Source: Desulfobacteraceae bacterium
Lineage (GTDB): Bacteria; Desulfobacterota; Desulfobacteria; Desulfobacterales; ETH-SRB1
Reading direction: 5' to 3'
Assembly (NCBI GenBank): GCA_013202725.1
Contig: JABMRH010000192.1
Location: forward strand, 1-33,480
Length of the DNA stretch: 33,480 nt
Below are positions 1-10,652 of this stretch, piece after piece. A program made the translations under genes and the position numbers. The notes below the pieces were generated by a model that was given only the letters and a program-made list of their open reading frames with translations, was not told the origin of the DNA and made no database searches. How positions within the stretch are numbered: the first letter of the stretch is position 1; the number at the start of each line of letters is the position of its first letter.

Positions 1-48
1 TACCTTAACTTTAGGCACTTTAGCTCACTTATAATTTAAGGATGATGT

Positions 49-1152
49 ATGTTTGATCGACGTCTTATACAGTACTTTGATTGGGTTTTATTAGGGCTGA
101 CCATTATATTTGGGTTTGTGGGCATTGTGCTTCTTTACAGCGCTGTAATGGCAGGAGCTCCCGGCCCGCAAAAGATACTGTGCATAAAGCAGTTGGTCTG
201 GTATTTTATCGGATTGGTTGCAATGGCAGTTTCCTTTTTGTTTAATTATAAAATGCTGGAACGATGGGCCCATGCAATTTATGTGATATGCATCATGCTT
301 TTGATTGTGGTCTTATTTTTCGGAAGTTATGCGGGAGGGGCAAAGCGCTGGCTGATATTGGGGCCGGTTTCAATTCAACCGTCCGAGATGGTTAAAATAG
401 CAGTGATAATTATTCTGGCTCGGTATTATTCAAAACATGCAAACACTGGTGGTTTAACATTGCGTGAACTAATAACGCCGTTAATATTAACATTAATCCC
501 TTTTTTATTGATAGTTAATCAGCCCGATTTAGGGACAGCTATTCTGCTTATATTGATTGCCGGCTCAATGACCATTTTTGTAAAAATTGAAAAGCGTTCG
601 TATATATATATAACCGCTTTTTGTTCTATATTGATTCCAGTTATATGGTTTTTGCTTAAAGAATACCAAAAACAACGAATATTAACATTTTTGAACCCTG
701 ACCGCGACCCGCTTGGCGCCGGTTATCATATTATTCAATCCAAAATCGCCGTAGGTTCCGGCATGATTTTTGGAAAGGGGTTTTTGCATGGAACTCAAAA
801 CATACTTGCTTTTTTACCTGAACAGCATACAGATTTTATATTTTCAGTGCTGGCCGAGGAGTGGGGTTTTGTGGGCTCTTTAGTTGTGCTTCTTTTTTTT
901 CTACTGCTTGTTATTCGGGGTTTGACTATTGCCTATGGGTGCAGAGATACTTTTGGCACCATACTTGCCGGCGGAATTACTATGTTGATATTTTGGCAGA
1001 TTGTTATAAATACCGGTATGGTTATGGGATTAATGCCGGTTGTAGGAATCCCTCTGCCGTTTATCAGTTATGGCGGTTCATCAATAATAACTGTAATGAT
1101 CTGCATTGGTATCTTAATGAATATAAGCATGAGGCGGTTTATTGCTGAGTAG
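49..1152 (+). CDS. rodA: Rod shape-determining SEDS protein RodA (FtsW/RodA/SpoVE family)
   Basis: 367-aa polytopic membrane ORF. Family blocks are visible in the translation: QPSEMVKIAVIIILARY, NQPDLGTA, PEQHTDFIFS, GIPLPFISYGGSS. An AAGGA Shine-Dalgarno lies just upstream. Confidence 0.9.
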   Translation: MFDRRLIQYFDWVLLGLTIIFGFVGIVLLYSAVMAGAPGPQKILCIKQLVWYFIGLVAMAVSFLFNYKMLERWAHAIYVICIMLLIVVLFFGSYAGGAKRWLILGPVSIQPSEMVKIAVIIILARYYSKHANTGGLTLRELITPLILTLIPFLLIVNQPDLGTAILLILIAGSMTIFVKIEKRSYIYITAFCSILIPVIWFLLKEYQKQRILTFLNPDRDPLGAGYHIIQSKIAVGSGMIFGKGFLHGTQNILAFLPEQHTDFIFSVLAEEWGFVGSLVVLLFFLLLVIRGLTIAYGCRDTFGTILAGGITMLIFWQIVINTGMVMGLMPVVGIPLPFISYGGSSIITVMICIGILMNISMRRFIAE

Positions 1153-1189
1153 GGACACCTAACACTTAACACCTGCATTTGAGGTATGT

Positions 1190-1600
1190 ATGAAAAAAGG
1201 AAAGAAGGCAGACTCGATAAACACATTTTTGGGTCCTGATACCTGTATTGAAGGAAAAATCGAATTTCGGGGTACTATAAGGATAGATGGAAAGGTTAAA
1301 GGAAAGATTTGTAGCAATGGAGGTACGGTCATCGTAGGAGAAAAGGCCGTTGTTGATGCAGAGATTGTTGTTGATAAGGCAATCATCATGGGTGAGATTA
1401 ACGGCAGTATAAATACAAACAACAGGATTGAAATTTATCCTCCTGGCCGTGTTATCGGCGATATTCAGACAAATGTTATTTTAATTGAAGCCGGTGCTGT
1501 GTTTAATGGAAAATGCAGCATGAAAAACAGGGGAATTTCATCAGAAAAGCCGATAGATTCCGCTAAAAAACTTAATAATTTAAAGACAAATAAAACCTGA
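1190..1600 (+). CDS. Bactofilin (polymer-forming cytoskeletal protein, DUF583-type beta-helix)
   Basis: 136 aa. Repetitive short beta-strand pattern: IEGKIEFRGTIRIDGKVKGKI, VIVGEKAVVDAEIVVDKAIIMGEINGSI, RIEIYPPGRVIGDIQTNVILIEAGAVFNG. Lies directly after rodA. Confidence 0.8.
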   Translation: MKKGKKADSINTFLGPDTCIEGKIEFRGTIRIDGKVKGKICSNGGTVIVGEKAVVDAEIVVDKAIIMGEINGSINTNNRIEIYPPGRVIGDIQTNVILIEAGAVFNGKCSMKNRGISSEKPIDSAKKLNNLKTNKT

Positions 1601-1609
1601 AAAAAACCT

Positions 1610-1639
1610 TTGACAATATGCTGTTGCAGGTGCTATAGA
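1610..1639 (+). promoter_or_regulatory. Candidate sigma70-type promoter for the atp operon (TTGACA-N18-TATAGA)
   Basis: TTGACA at 1610-1615 and TATAGA at 1634-1639, about 70 nt upstream of the first atp gene. Motif match only. Confidence 0.4.
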
Positions 1640-1711
1640 GCGCCGGGGTCATAGAAACGATTTTTTATTAAAATACAGCTCTAATTATAATAATGTGATG
1701 GAGGATTTCTT

Positions 1712-2140
1712 ATGGTTAGTCTTGATGGATCACTTTTTATACAGATCGTCAATTTCATCTTTTTAATATGGATTTTAAATGTCGTTTTATATAAACCGAT
1801 CCGGAAGATTCTGATCCAAAGAAAGGAAAAAATTGCCGGTCTCGATCAGAGAATCGATACGGTCGGGAAGGATATAAAGGAAAAAGATGATGCATTTAGC
1901 CTGGAAATTAAGGAGGCAAAGGCCAAGGGATTGAATGAAAAAGGGGTTTTGTTGCAGGAAGCCGCTGATGAAGAAAGAGAGATAATTGAAAAAATAAATA
2001 AAAAGGCTCAGGCAGACTTGGCGGAGATTCGCGCAAAAATTGTGAAAGATGTTGAAGTCGCCAGTGAGTCGTTGCGGCAAGAACTTGATTTATTTGCGAA
2101 TGCTATTGGTAAAAAAATTCTGGGGAGGGCTTTTGAATGA
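1712..2140 (+). CDS. F-type ATP synthase Fo subunit b' (second b-type stator subunit)
   Basis: 142 aa. N-terminal TM helix (FIQIVNFIFLIWILNVVLYKPI) followed by a long charged coiled coil. Its stop overlaps the next b-type gene (ATGA at 2137-2140). Confidence 0.8.
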   Translation: MVSLDGSLFIQIVNFIFLIWILNVVLYKPIRKILIQRKEKIAGLDQRIDTVGKDIKEKDDAFSLEIKEAKAKGLNEKGVLLQEAADEEREIIEKINKKAQADLAEIRAKIVKDVEVASESLRQELDLFANAIGKKILGRAFE

Positions 2141-2745
2141 AGCTGTTTAATAAAAAAGAGCCTGGTATTAGCCGGAAGCGTAATTTAATTACAGTTATTA
2201 TGATTGTCGTTGCGGTTTTAATATTTTCCGGAGTTGCCTGGAGTTCATCCGGAGGGGAGCACGGGACAAAAGGTTGGGTGGCTACAGATACTTATAAAGT
2301 CATGAATTTTACTGTTTTAATCGTAGGCCTGTTTTTCCTTTTACGGAAGCCTGTGGCTCAGGCGCTAAATGCGCGCATTAAAGGGATAAAGGATCAGCTA
2401 AATGAGCTGGAAGTTAAGAAAAAAGAGGCTGAGAAGAGGCTGGCCGAATATAACGAAAGGCTTTTGCTGTTAGACAAGGAGGCCGAGGAGATAATTGCAG
2501 GATACATTAAGCAGGGGAATGAGGCCAAGGCAAGAATACTTGAGGAGGCTGAATCAGAAGCTAAAAAACTTGAAGAGCAAGCCAGTAGAAATATTGATAG
2601 TGAATTTAAACAGGCGAAATCAAAGCTACAGAAAGAGACCTTTGCAAATGCCCTCATAAAGGCTGAAGAGATTATAAAAAGTAAAATTAACAGCAAAGAT
2701 CAGGACAGACTTATAAACGAATATTTAGAGAAGGTGGTGGCATAA
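2137..2745 (+). CDS. atpF: F-type ATP synthase Fo subunit b
   Basis: 202 aa. One TM segment plus the b-subunit motif FLLRKPV and a K/E-rich coiled coil. Translationally coupled on both sides. Confidence 0.85.
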   Translation: MKLFNKKEPGISRKRNLITVIMIVVAVLIFSGVAWSSSGGEHGTKGWVATDTYKVMNFTVLIVGLFFLLRKPVAQALNARIKGIKDQLNELEVKKKEAEKRLAEYNERLLLLDKEAEEIIAGYIKQGNEAKARILEEAESEAKKLEEQASRNIDSEFKQAKSKLQKETFANALIKAEEIIKSKINSKDQDRLINEYLEKVVA

Positions 2746-3278
2746 TGAAAAATTTGGCTATAGCGCGGCGTTATGCCAAGGCGCTTCTACTTATAGGTAA
2801 AGATGACGGCCAGGCTGAAATCTATAGGGAGGAGCTGGATAACATCGCGGGTTTAATTGATAAAGAGCCGGAGCTTGAGCAGGCGATTTGTAATCCTCTT
2901 TATGATCTTTCAAGTCGGAAACAGGTTTTGCAGGCAATTATCGGCAAATTGAATCCTTCTAAAATTATGACATCATACCTCCTGTTGCTTTTTGATAAAG
3001 GAAGGATTAGATTCCTGCGAAGTATCAATGAGTTTTATCACAAGCTTGCTGATGAATTAAAAGGGATTGCGCGTGCCGAGCTGGTTTCGGCTACTGAGCT
3101 TTCATCCGAAACCGTTGAAAAGATAAGCAATGCCCTGTCAAAAAGAACTGGTAAGGATGTTATTCTTGAGGTAAGGCAGGACCCTGAGCTTATCGGGGGA
3201 ATTGTCACGAGGATTGGGGATCTTGTTTTAGATGGCAGTGTTAAAACACAATTACTCAACATGAGAGAATCTTTTTAA
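2745..3278 (+). CDS. atpH: F-type ATP synthase F1 subunit delta (OSCP)
   Basis: 177 aa. Begins IARRYAKALL; C-terminal ELIGGIVTRIGDLVLDGSVKTQL is typical of delta/OSCP. Correct operon position. Confidence 0.9.
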   Translation: MKNLAIARRYAKALLLIGKDDGQAEIYREELDNIAGLIDKEPELEQAICNPLYDLSSRKQVLQAIIGKLNPSKIMTSYLLLLFDKGRIRFLRSINEFYHKLADELKGIARAELVSATELSSETVEKISNALSKRTGKDVILEVRQDPELIGGIVTRIGDLVLDGSVKTQLLNMRESF

Positions 3279-3297
3279 AAAGGGGTGAGAGTGTATA

Positions 3298-4815
3298 ATG
3301 GAACTAAAAGCTGAAGAAATAAGTCAAATAATTAGGGAGCAGATCACAGATTACGACAAGAAGGTTGAATTAAGTGAGACAGGAATCGTGTTGTCGGTAG
3401 GTGATGGTATTGCCAGGATATATGGTCTTGAAAAAGCCATGGCATTGGAACTTGTTGAATTTACGGGCAATATTCTGGGGCTTGTGTTGAACCTCGAAGA
3501 AGATAATGTGGGTGTCGCCATTATGGGTGAAGATATCCATATTAAAGAGGGTGATATGGTCAAGCGTACCGGACGTATTGCCCAGGTTCCTGTGGGTGAT
3601 GCTATGCTGGGACGCGTGGTGTCAGCAGTGGGCGAACCTCTTGATGGTAAAGGGCCCATTGATGCAAAAGAGTTCCGCAGGGTTGAGATGGTTGCGCCCG
3701 GCGTTATTGAGCGAAAGGGTGTGCATGAACCATGTTATACCGGTTTAAAAGCCATTGATTCTATGACACCTGTCGGCCGTGGCCAGCGCGAACTTATCAT
3801 CGGTGACCGGCAGATCGGCAAGACAGCAATCGGAGTCGATGCCATCATTAATCAGAAAGGGCAGGATGTATATTGCATTTATGTCGCATGCGGCCAGAAA
3901 AAATCGACAGTTGCCCAGGTCCATGCTATTCTTGAAAAGCATGGAGCTATGGAATACACAACCATAGTAGCTGCATGCGCCAGTGATCCGGCGACATTGC
4001 AATATGTTGCTCCTTATGCGGGATGCGCCATGGGGGAATATTTCCGGGACAACAAAATGCATGCGCTGATAATTTATGATGATCTTTCAAAACAGGCTGT
4101 TGCATATCGTCAGGTTTCTTTGCTTTTGAGGCGACCTCCGGGACGCGAGGCATTTCCCGGCGATATTTTTTATAACCATTCTCGACTCCTTGAGCGTGCT
4201 GCCAAGCTAAACGACGAGCTTGGAGCAGGCTCCCTGACAGCATTGCCGATTATTGAGACCCAGGCCGGTGATGTGTCCGCCTATATCCCGACAAATGTTA
4301 TTTCCATTACCGATGGGCAGATATACCTTGAACCTGCTCTGTTTTTTGCCGGTGTCAGGCCGGCGATTAATGTCGGACTTTCTGTTTCACGGGTTGGAGG
4401 GGCAGCCCAGGTTAAGGCTATGAAGCAGGTGGCAGGTTCTCTTCGACTCGATCTGGCCCAGTACCGGGAACTGGAGGCGTTTGCAGCATTCGGCAGCGAT
4501 CTGGATAAAGCAACACAGGCCCAGTTAACAAGGGGCGCAAGGCTGGTTGAAACATTAAAACAGCCGCAATATCAGCCTTTGTCGATGGAGAAGCAGGTGT
4601 CGATACTTTATGCAGGAACAAAAGGATTCCTTGACAAGTATCCTCTCGATGTTCTGGCAAAATATGAAGCAGGTCTTTACACATTCTTAGAGGAAAGATA
4701 CCCCAAAATATTTACCGAGCTTGCAGAGAAAAAGGAAATTTCAGACGATCTGGACAAGACAATGGCAGAGGCATTTAAGGCTTACGGCGAAGAGTTTAAA
4801 GATACAATAAAATAA
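3298..4815 (+). CDS. atpA: F-type ATP synthase F1 subunit alpha
   Basis: 505 aa. Walker A GDRQIGKT. Highly conserved alpha blocks: [30 protein letters not shown]. Confidence 0.98.
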   Translation: MELKAEEISQIIREQITDYDKKVELSETGIVLSVGDGIARIYGLEKAMALELVEFTGNILGLVLNLEEDNVGVAIMGEDIHIKEGDMVKRTGRIAQVPVGDAMLGRVVSAVGEPLDGKGPIDAKEFRRVEMVAPGVIERKGVHEPCYTGLKAIDSMTPVGRGQRELIIGDRQIGKTAIGVDAIINQKGQDVYCIYVACGQKKSTVAQVHAILEKHGAMEYTTIVAACASDPATLQYVAPYAGCAMGEYFRDNKMHALIIYDDLSKQAVAYRQVSLLLRRPPGREAFPGDIFYNHSRLLERAAKLNDELGAGSLTALPIIETQAGDVSAYIPTNVISITDGQIYLEPALFFAGVRPAINVGLSVSRVGGAAQVKAMKQVAGSLRLDLAQYRELEAFAAFGSDLDKATQAQLTRGARLVETLKQPQYQPLSMEKQVSILYAGTKGFLDKYPLDVLAKYEAGLYTFLEERYPKIFTELAEKKEISDDLDKTMAEAFKAYGEEFKDTIK

Positions 4816-4827
4816 AGGCTGGGCTCT

Positions 4828-5721
4828 ATGGCGACTTTAAAAGAAGTTAAAACAAAGATATCAGCAGTTAAAAAGACAAAGCAAATAACAAAGGCCATGA
4901 ATATGGTGGCCACTTCCAAGCTGCGCGGCGCCCAGCAGAAGATGAATGCGTTTAGGCCATATGCCTTAAAATTTGCTGATGTTCTGGGGAGCCTTGCAGA
5001 AAAGGCAGGGGAGGAAGCAAGCCCGTTGTTGATACCCCGAGAGGAAGTTAAGAAAATACATGTTATTTTGTGTACTTCAGACAAGGGATTATGCGGCGGC
5101 TTTAATTCACATCTTATTTCAATGGCTGAAAAATTTGCAAAGGAAAAATCTGAGCAAAACATAGAAGTCGTATTTACCAATTTTGGAAAAAAGGGACGTG
5201 ACTGGTGCCGTAGAAGCGGTTTCCAGATTTTAGGTGAACATCTTGGGATCGTGGGGGCAAAATTTGGATTTAACATCGCAACTGTTGCCGGGCAGAGGGC
5301 TGTTGATGGGTTTTTAGATGAAGAATATGATGAAGTTTACATGGTTTATTCAGAATTTATTAGCATGGCAAGACAGACCCCGGTAATGCAGCAGATTTTG
5401 CCGATACAGCCTATTGAATCGGGTGAAAAAAAGGCTGAAGACGAGGAAACGCCGTATCTGGCAGAGCACATCTGCGAGCCTTCAACAAATGAGCTGCTTG
5501 GCGATATGCTTCCAAGGCATGTTTATGTTCAATTATACGGCGCACTTCTGGAAACATCCACAAGCGAACATGCAGCGCGCATGAACGCTATGAATAATGC
5601 AACAAAAGCCTGTGATGACATGGTTGATGCTTTAACGCTTGCATATAATAAGGCCAGGCAGTCGTCAATTACTGCTGATTTGATGGATATTGTCGGTGGC
5701 GCTGAAGCGCTAAAAGGGTAA
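4828..5721 (+). CDS. atpG: F-type ATP synthase F1 subunit gamma
   Basis: 297 aa. N-terminal KEVKTKISAVKKTKQITKAMNMVATSKLR and C-terminal ITADLMDIVGGAEAL are hallmark gamma termini. Confidence 0.97.
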   Translation: MATLKEVKTKISAVKKTKQITKAMNMVATSKLRGAQQKMNAFRPYALKFADVLGSLAEKAGEEASPLLIPREEVKKIHVILCTSDKGLCGGFNSHLISMAEKFAKEKSEQNIEVVFTNFGKKGRDWCRRSGFQILGEHLGIVGAKFGFNIATVAGQRAVDGFLDEEYDEVYMVYSEFISMARQTPVMQQILPIQPIESGEKKAEDEETPYLAEHICEPSTNELLGDMLPRHVYVQLYGALLETSTSEHAARMNAMNNATKACDDMVDALTLAYNKARQSSITADLMDIVGGAEALKG

Positions 5722-5764
5722 AACTGGAAAACAGTTAATATATAATAAATTTGGAGGTCTATAG

Positions 5765-7180
<1,416 letters not shown>

Positions 7181-7203
7181 AAATATAAGAAAGAGGGTAA
7201 ATT

Positions 7204-7614
7204 ATGGCTGGAAATATTCGATTAGAAGTAGTTACACCGGAAACATCTGTTGTGAGTGAAGACGCTCAAATAGTTGTAGCGCCAGGTGCCCTTGGAGAGT
7301 TTGGTGTCTTGATAGGCCATACCCCTTTTTTGACAACCCTTAAATTGGGTACGCTTCGTTATAAAGATGCTAATGGGGTTGAAAAGTGCGTTTTTATCAG
7401 CGGTGGATTTGCAGAGGCGCTTCCTGATAAGGTTACTGTATTAGCCGAGTCTGCCGAAAGAAGACGCGATATTGATGTTGAACGGGTTAAACAGGCAATA
7501 AAACGAGCAGAGGAGCGTTTGGCCTCAAAGAAACCGGATATTAATTATGAAAGAGCCAGAGCCGCTTTGCTAAGGGCTCTGCATCGTCTTAAGATTACTG
7601 AAATAAGAAGATAA
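7204..7614 (+). CDS. atpC: F-type ATP synthase F1 subunit epsilon
   Basis: 136 aa. LEVVTPE start, GEFGVLIGHTPFLT block, C-terminal helical hairpin. Last gene of the operon. Confidence 0.95.
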   Translation: MAGNIRLEVVTPETSVVSEDAQIVVAPGALGEFGVLIGHTPFLTTLKLGTLRYKDANGVEKCVFISGGFAEALPDKVTVLAESAERRRDIDVERVKQAIKRAEERLASKKPDINYERARAALLRALHRLKITEIRR

Positions 7615-7686
7615 GGGTGTAATAATTGATATAAAACCTGTTTTTGGTCTGAAATAGCAGGTCAATTCTTTTATAAATGTTGCAAC

Positions 7687-7720
7687 AAGGGCGGACCATA
7701 ATATGGTTTGCCCTTTTTTA
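7687..7720 (+). terminator. Rho-independent terminator of the atp operon
   Basis: GGGCGGACCAT (7689-7699) pairs with ATGGTTTGCCC (7703-7713), including two G-U pairs, around a 3-nt loop. A T6 run follows at 7714-7719. Confidence 0.7.
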
Positions 7721-7740
7721 TTAATTAAAGCCGGTGATAG

Positions 7741-8511
7741 ATGCAAAATATTATTAAAAATGTTGCTGTTATTATTCTTGCGGCAGGAATGGGTACACGC
7801 ATGAAGTCCGGCAAGGCCAAGGTGCTGCATAAAATTCTTGGCAAACCCATGGTCATGTATGTTGTTGAAACAGCAAAAAGGGTTGCCGGAAATAATGTGA
7901 TACTGGTTGTAGGCAACCAGGCTGATGAGATACGTGAAATAGTATCAGCAAAGGGAAATGATGAGTTGATTTATGCTGTGCAGAAAGATCAGCTCGGAAC
8001 AGGTCATGCTGTTTTGTGTGCGTTGCCTTATATACCTGAACATATAGAAGATGTGGTTATATTATGCGGTGATGTGCCGCTGCTTAGTTCAGATACCGTT
8101 ATACGGCTTATAGATGATCATATTAAGGCAAAACGCGACATATCCCTTTTAGCGGTTGAGATCGACAATCCTACAGGTTACGGCAGGCTTATATTGGATG
8201 AAGACTTGCACGTTTCCAAAATAGTTGAAGAAGCGGATGCAACAGATGAACAAAAAAGGATAAAGACTATAAATGCAGGCATCTATTGCGTAAAAAAGGA
8301 ATTTTTATTAGATTCTTTGGGAAAGATAAAATCGGATAATGCTCAAGCCGAACTTTATCTTACAGATATAGTCGAAATAGGATATAGAGAAAAAAAGGTT
8401 GTCGGCGTATTGGCGGGTAGAGATTATGAAGAGGTTATAGGTGTTAATACCTGTCAGGATTTAATAATGGTTGAGGCTATCATGCATAAAAGGTTGGGTA
8501 AAATATCTTGA
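7741..8511 (+). CDS. GlmU-like N-acetylglucosamine-1-phosphate uridylyltransferase, nucleotidyltransferase domain only (no C-terminal LbH acetyltransferase)
   Basis: 256 aa. Contains LAAGMGTRMKSGKAKVLH, QLGTGHAV, LCGDVPL and NAGIY. The ORF stops right after the linker helix. The next gene starts 46 nt later and is unrelated. Confidence 0.8.
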   Translation: MQNIIKNVAVIILAAGMGTRMKSGKAKVLHKILGKPMVMYVVETAKRVAGNNVILVVGNQADEIREIVSAKGNDELIYAVQKDQLGTGHAVLCALPYIPEHIEDVVILCGDVPLLSSDTVIRLIDDHIKAKRDISLLAVEIDNPTGYGRLILDEDLHVSKIVEEADATDEQKRIKTINAGIYCVKKEFLLDSLGKIKSDNAQAELYLTDIVEIGYREKKVVGVLAGRDYEEVIGVNTCQDLIMVEAIMHKRLGKIS

Positions 8512-8556
8512 CTTTAGCTTATAAAAAAGATTGAATATAAATAATGAGGTGTAAGA

Positions 8557-8796
8557 TTGGATAACGAGTTTATTTTGCGACAGTTTGAAGAAATTGAAGA
8601 AAAAGTTGTAAGATTGATTGATGTCTGCAAGTCACATGAACCGACTAATGCAGAACTTAGAAAAACGATTGAAAAGTTGGAACAGGAGCTTCAAGGTAGG
8701 GTTGAGGCGGAAGAGAGTTATTTAGAAGAAAGGGATTTGGTACGGTCAAAGGTTGATGGTTTGTTGGTTAGATTAAATAATGTCATAGAATCTTAA
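8557..8796 (+). CDS. Small coiled-coil protein, ZapB-like (cell-division associated)
   Basis: 79 aa, TTG start with a GAGGTG SD. Almost entirely a charged heptad coiled coil. Sits immediately upstream of zapA. The assignment rests on context and composition. Confidence 0.5.
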   Translation: MDNEFILRQFEEIEEKVVRLIDVCKSHEPTNAELRKTIEKLEQELQGRVEAEESYLEERDLVRSKVDGLLVRLNNVIES

Positions 8797-8836
8797 TACC
8801 AGCGGCCAACAAGATGAAAGGAAGAATACTTATTCA

Positions 8837-9130
8837 TTGGAACAACTTGTAACAATAGAGCTATTTGGGCAGCCTTATTCATTTAAAACTGAATCAGAAA
8901 TCACAGAGGCAAAAGAGGTCGCTGAATCGCTGGTAAAAGAGATCGCCAGGGTTGAAACTCAGCAATCAGGTAAAGCATCTGATATTACGAAACTGGCGAT
9001 ATTGATTTCAGCTGCTCTAAACATTGCTAATGAAAATTTTGAGCTAAAAAGGAATTATTCGAATTTATTACAGGAGCTTTCTGAACGTTCAGCAAGCTTA
9101 ATACGTACATTAAGCGCTAATATGCAATAA
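8837..9130 (+). CDS. zapA: Cell division protein ZapA
   Basis: 97 aa. N-terminal VTIELFGQPYSFKTE followed by a helical tail, as in the ZapA family. A 6S RNA candidate follows, as in the enterobacterial zapA-ssrS arrangement. Confidence 0.7.
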   Translation: MEQLVTIELFGQPYSFKTESEITEAKEVAESLVKEIARVETQQSGKASDITKLAILISAALNIANENFELKRNYSNLLQELSERSASLIRTLSANMQ

Positions 9131-9185
9131 TATAGGCAGCTATCAGGTTGCAACCAAATGAATAAGCGGATCGCTTTTAAAAGGT

Positions 9186-9368
9186 ACGGCCCCTGCCGTG
9201 TTCGTGATTAGAAGATGTTCTTTGACCCAACATTCATATTTAAGGGAGCTTTCACTGGTTTTGGTGAGCATGTTCTGCTTGTACAGAAAAGCCTAAAAAA
9301 ACTATAAGGCGCCCACTTTGAGCTTTGGCTCAAAGACCTTCTAACACGGCTATTTGGCGGGGGTCTTC
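9186..9368 (+). ncRNA. ssrS: Candidate 6S RNA
   Basis: About 180 nt of non-coding sequence directly after zapA. The 5' segment 9188-9214 and 3' segment 9338-9365 form an interrupted closing stem of about 20 bp: 9188-9195/9358-9365, 9196-9201/9344-9349 and 9209-9214/9338-9343. A perfect 8-bp hairpin (CTTTGAGC TTTG GCTCAAAG, 9316-9335) lies on the 3' side next to the stem. An apical TTCTG/CAGAA hairpin is also present. Ends are approximate. Confidence 0.6.
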
Positions 9369-9494
9369 CTTAATTACAGATAGGATGTTAACCCTACGTA
9401 AAGAATATATTGTCAATCCAATTCAGCTTTTCGAACATCTCATCCAAAATCCACCTCACAGCAGATTATTTTTTGGTCTTCTAAACTTGATGAA

Positions 9495-9623
9495 CTCGTA
9501 AAAAGTCCCTCTTGCCTGTCATTTCGAGTGAAACGAGAAATCTTTATTCTGCAACCTATTGAAAAAATAAGATTTCTCCATGCTGTCGAAATGACATATT
9601 CGACGAATCTGACTTTTTACGAG
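9495..9623. repeat. Composite imperfect palindrome of about 129 nt (REP/MITE-like structured element)
   Basis: Three nested perfect arm pairs: CTCGTAAAAAGTC (9495-9507) / GACTTTTTACGAG (9611-9623); GTCATTTCGA (9518-9527) / TCGAAATGAC (9586-9595); GAGAAATCTT (9535-9544) / AAGATTTCTC (9569-9578). Confidence 0.65.
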
Positions 9624-9663
9624 ACCATCAGTATTGATGGCTTTATAAAGGGAGATTTAAGGT

Positions 9664-10647
9664 ATGATACTTGCCTGGGCTTTATTTGTTATAGGATTAT
9701 TGATGCTTTACTATGGGGCAGGGTGGCTTGTAAAAGGTGCATCCAGTCTCGCGCGAAGTCTTGGTTTAACGCCTATGGTTATAGGCTTGACGGTGGTTGC
9801 ATTCGGCACTTCGGCGCCAGAGCTCGTTGTAAGTGTTATCTCTTCTTTGCAACAAAAAAGCATGATCGCTGTGGGAAACGTTGTAGGAAGCAATATTTGC
9901 AACATCGCTCTTGTCCTCGGACTTGTTTCCTTATTTATGCCCATTAAAAGTAATAAATCTGTAGTTAAGCGGGATATACCTATTATTATAGTGGTTTCAT
10001 TGTACCTCTTGCTTATTTCTCTTAATTCTAAAATCGGGCGCTTCGAGGGTGTTACCATGCTGTGTGGAATCGTCCTTTACACCTGGTTTAACTATCGCTT
10101 TGCTGTGAAAGAAACAAAATATACAGCAAGCAAAGAAAACTATACTTCAGAGCTTGCAGGTGATGAAATTGAATATATTCCCTCAAAGGTAAAACAAATC
10201 ACACTTATTTTTGCAGGGATTGTATTTGTAGTATCAGGCGCGGAGATACTGATTGATTCAGCAGTAAAGATAATGAAAATATTTGGGGTAAGTGAAAAGT
10301 TTATCGGTCTGACGATGGTTGCTTTCGGGACTTCGCTGCCTGAACTTGCCGTTTCTGTTGTTGCAGCGATAAGAAAGGAGATGGATATCAGCCTTGGCAA
10401 CCTTTTGGGGAGTAACATTTTCAATATACTTGGAGTACTTGGAGTTGCATCGTTGGTTAGGCCTATTTTGATTCCAGGCGGTTTTATTCAGAGCGGTTTA
10501 CTAATTGATTACCTGGTTATGATGTTCATCAGTTTTTTACCCTGGCTAATGATGAGAAAGAAATACATGCTTATGAAAAAGGATGGAGTTGTCCTTTTAT
10601 CAGGATATGTTGGATACATCGCTTATCTGACAATTAACGCATTGTAA
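9664..10647 (+). CDS. Ca2+/cation antiporter, CaCA (YrbG-type) family
   Basis: 327 aa, about 10 TM helices. Both alpha-repeat signatures are present: GLTVVAFGTSAPEL and GLTMVAFGTSLPEL. Confidence 0.9.
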   Translation: MILAWALFVIGLLMLYYGAGWLVKGASSLARSLGLTPMVIGLTVVAFGTSAPELVVSVISSLQQKSMIAVGNVVGSNICNIALVLGLVSLFMPIKSNKSVVKRDIPIIIVVSLYLLLISLNSKIGRFEGVTMLCGIVLYTWFNYRFAVKETKYTASKENYTSELAGDEIEYIPSKVKQITLIFAGIVFVVSGAEILIDSAVKIMKIFGVSEKFIGLTMVAFGTSLPELAVSVVAAIRKEMDISLGNLLGSNIFNILGVLGVASLVRPILIPGGFIQSGLLIDYLVMMFISFLPWLMMRKKYMLMKKDGVVLLSGYVGYIAYLTINAL

Positions 10648-10652
10648 TCAGC

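Noticed and set aside
4782-5276. Long antisense ORFs inside conserved genes: 4782-5276 opposite atpG, 21028-21618 opposite the DASS gene, 24925-25392 opposite the HyfF-like gene, and 14465-14926 opposite the SLC13 gene.
   Set aside because: Each lies fully inside a strongly supported gene on the other strand and has a composition typical of antisense frames. There is no independent signal for them.
9528-9947. A 139-aa ORF overlapping the start of the antiporter gene.
   Set aside because: It starts inside the palindromic repeat element and runs out of frame through the well-supported CaCA gene. The Cys/Arg-rich translation is typical of a wrong frame.
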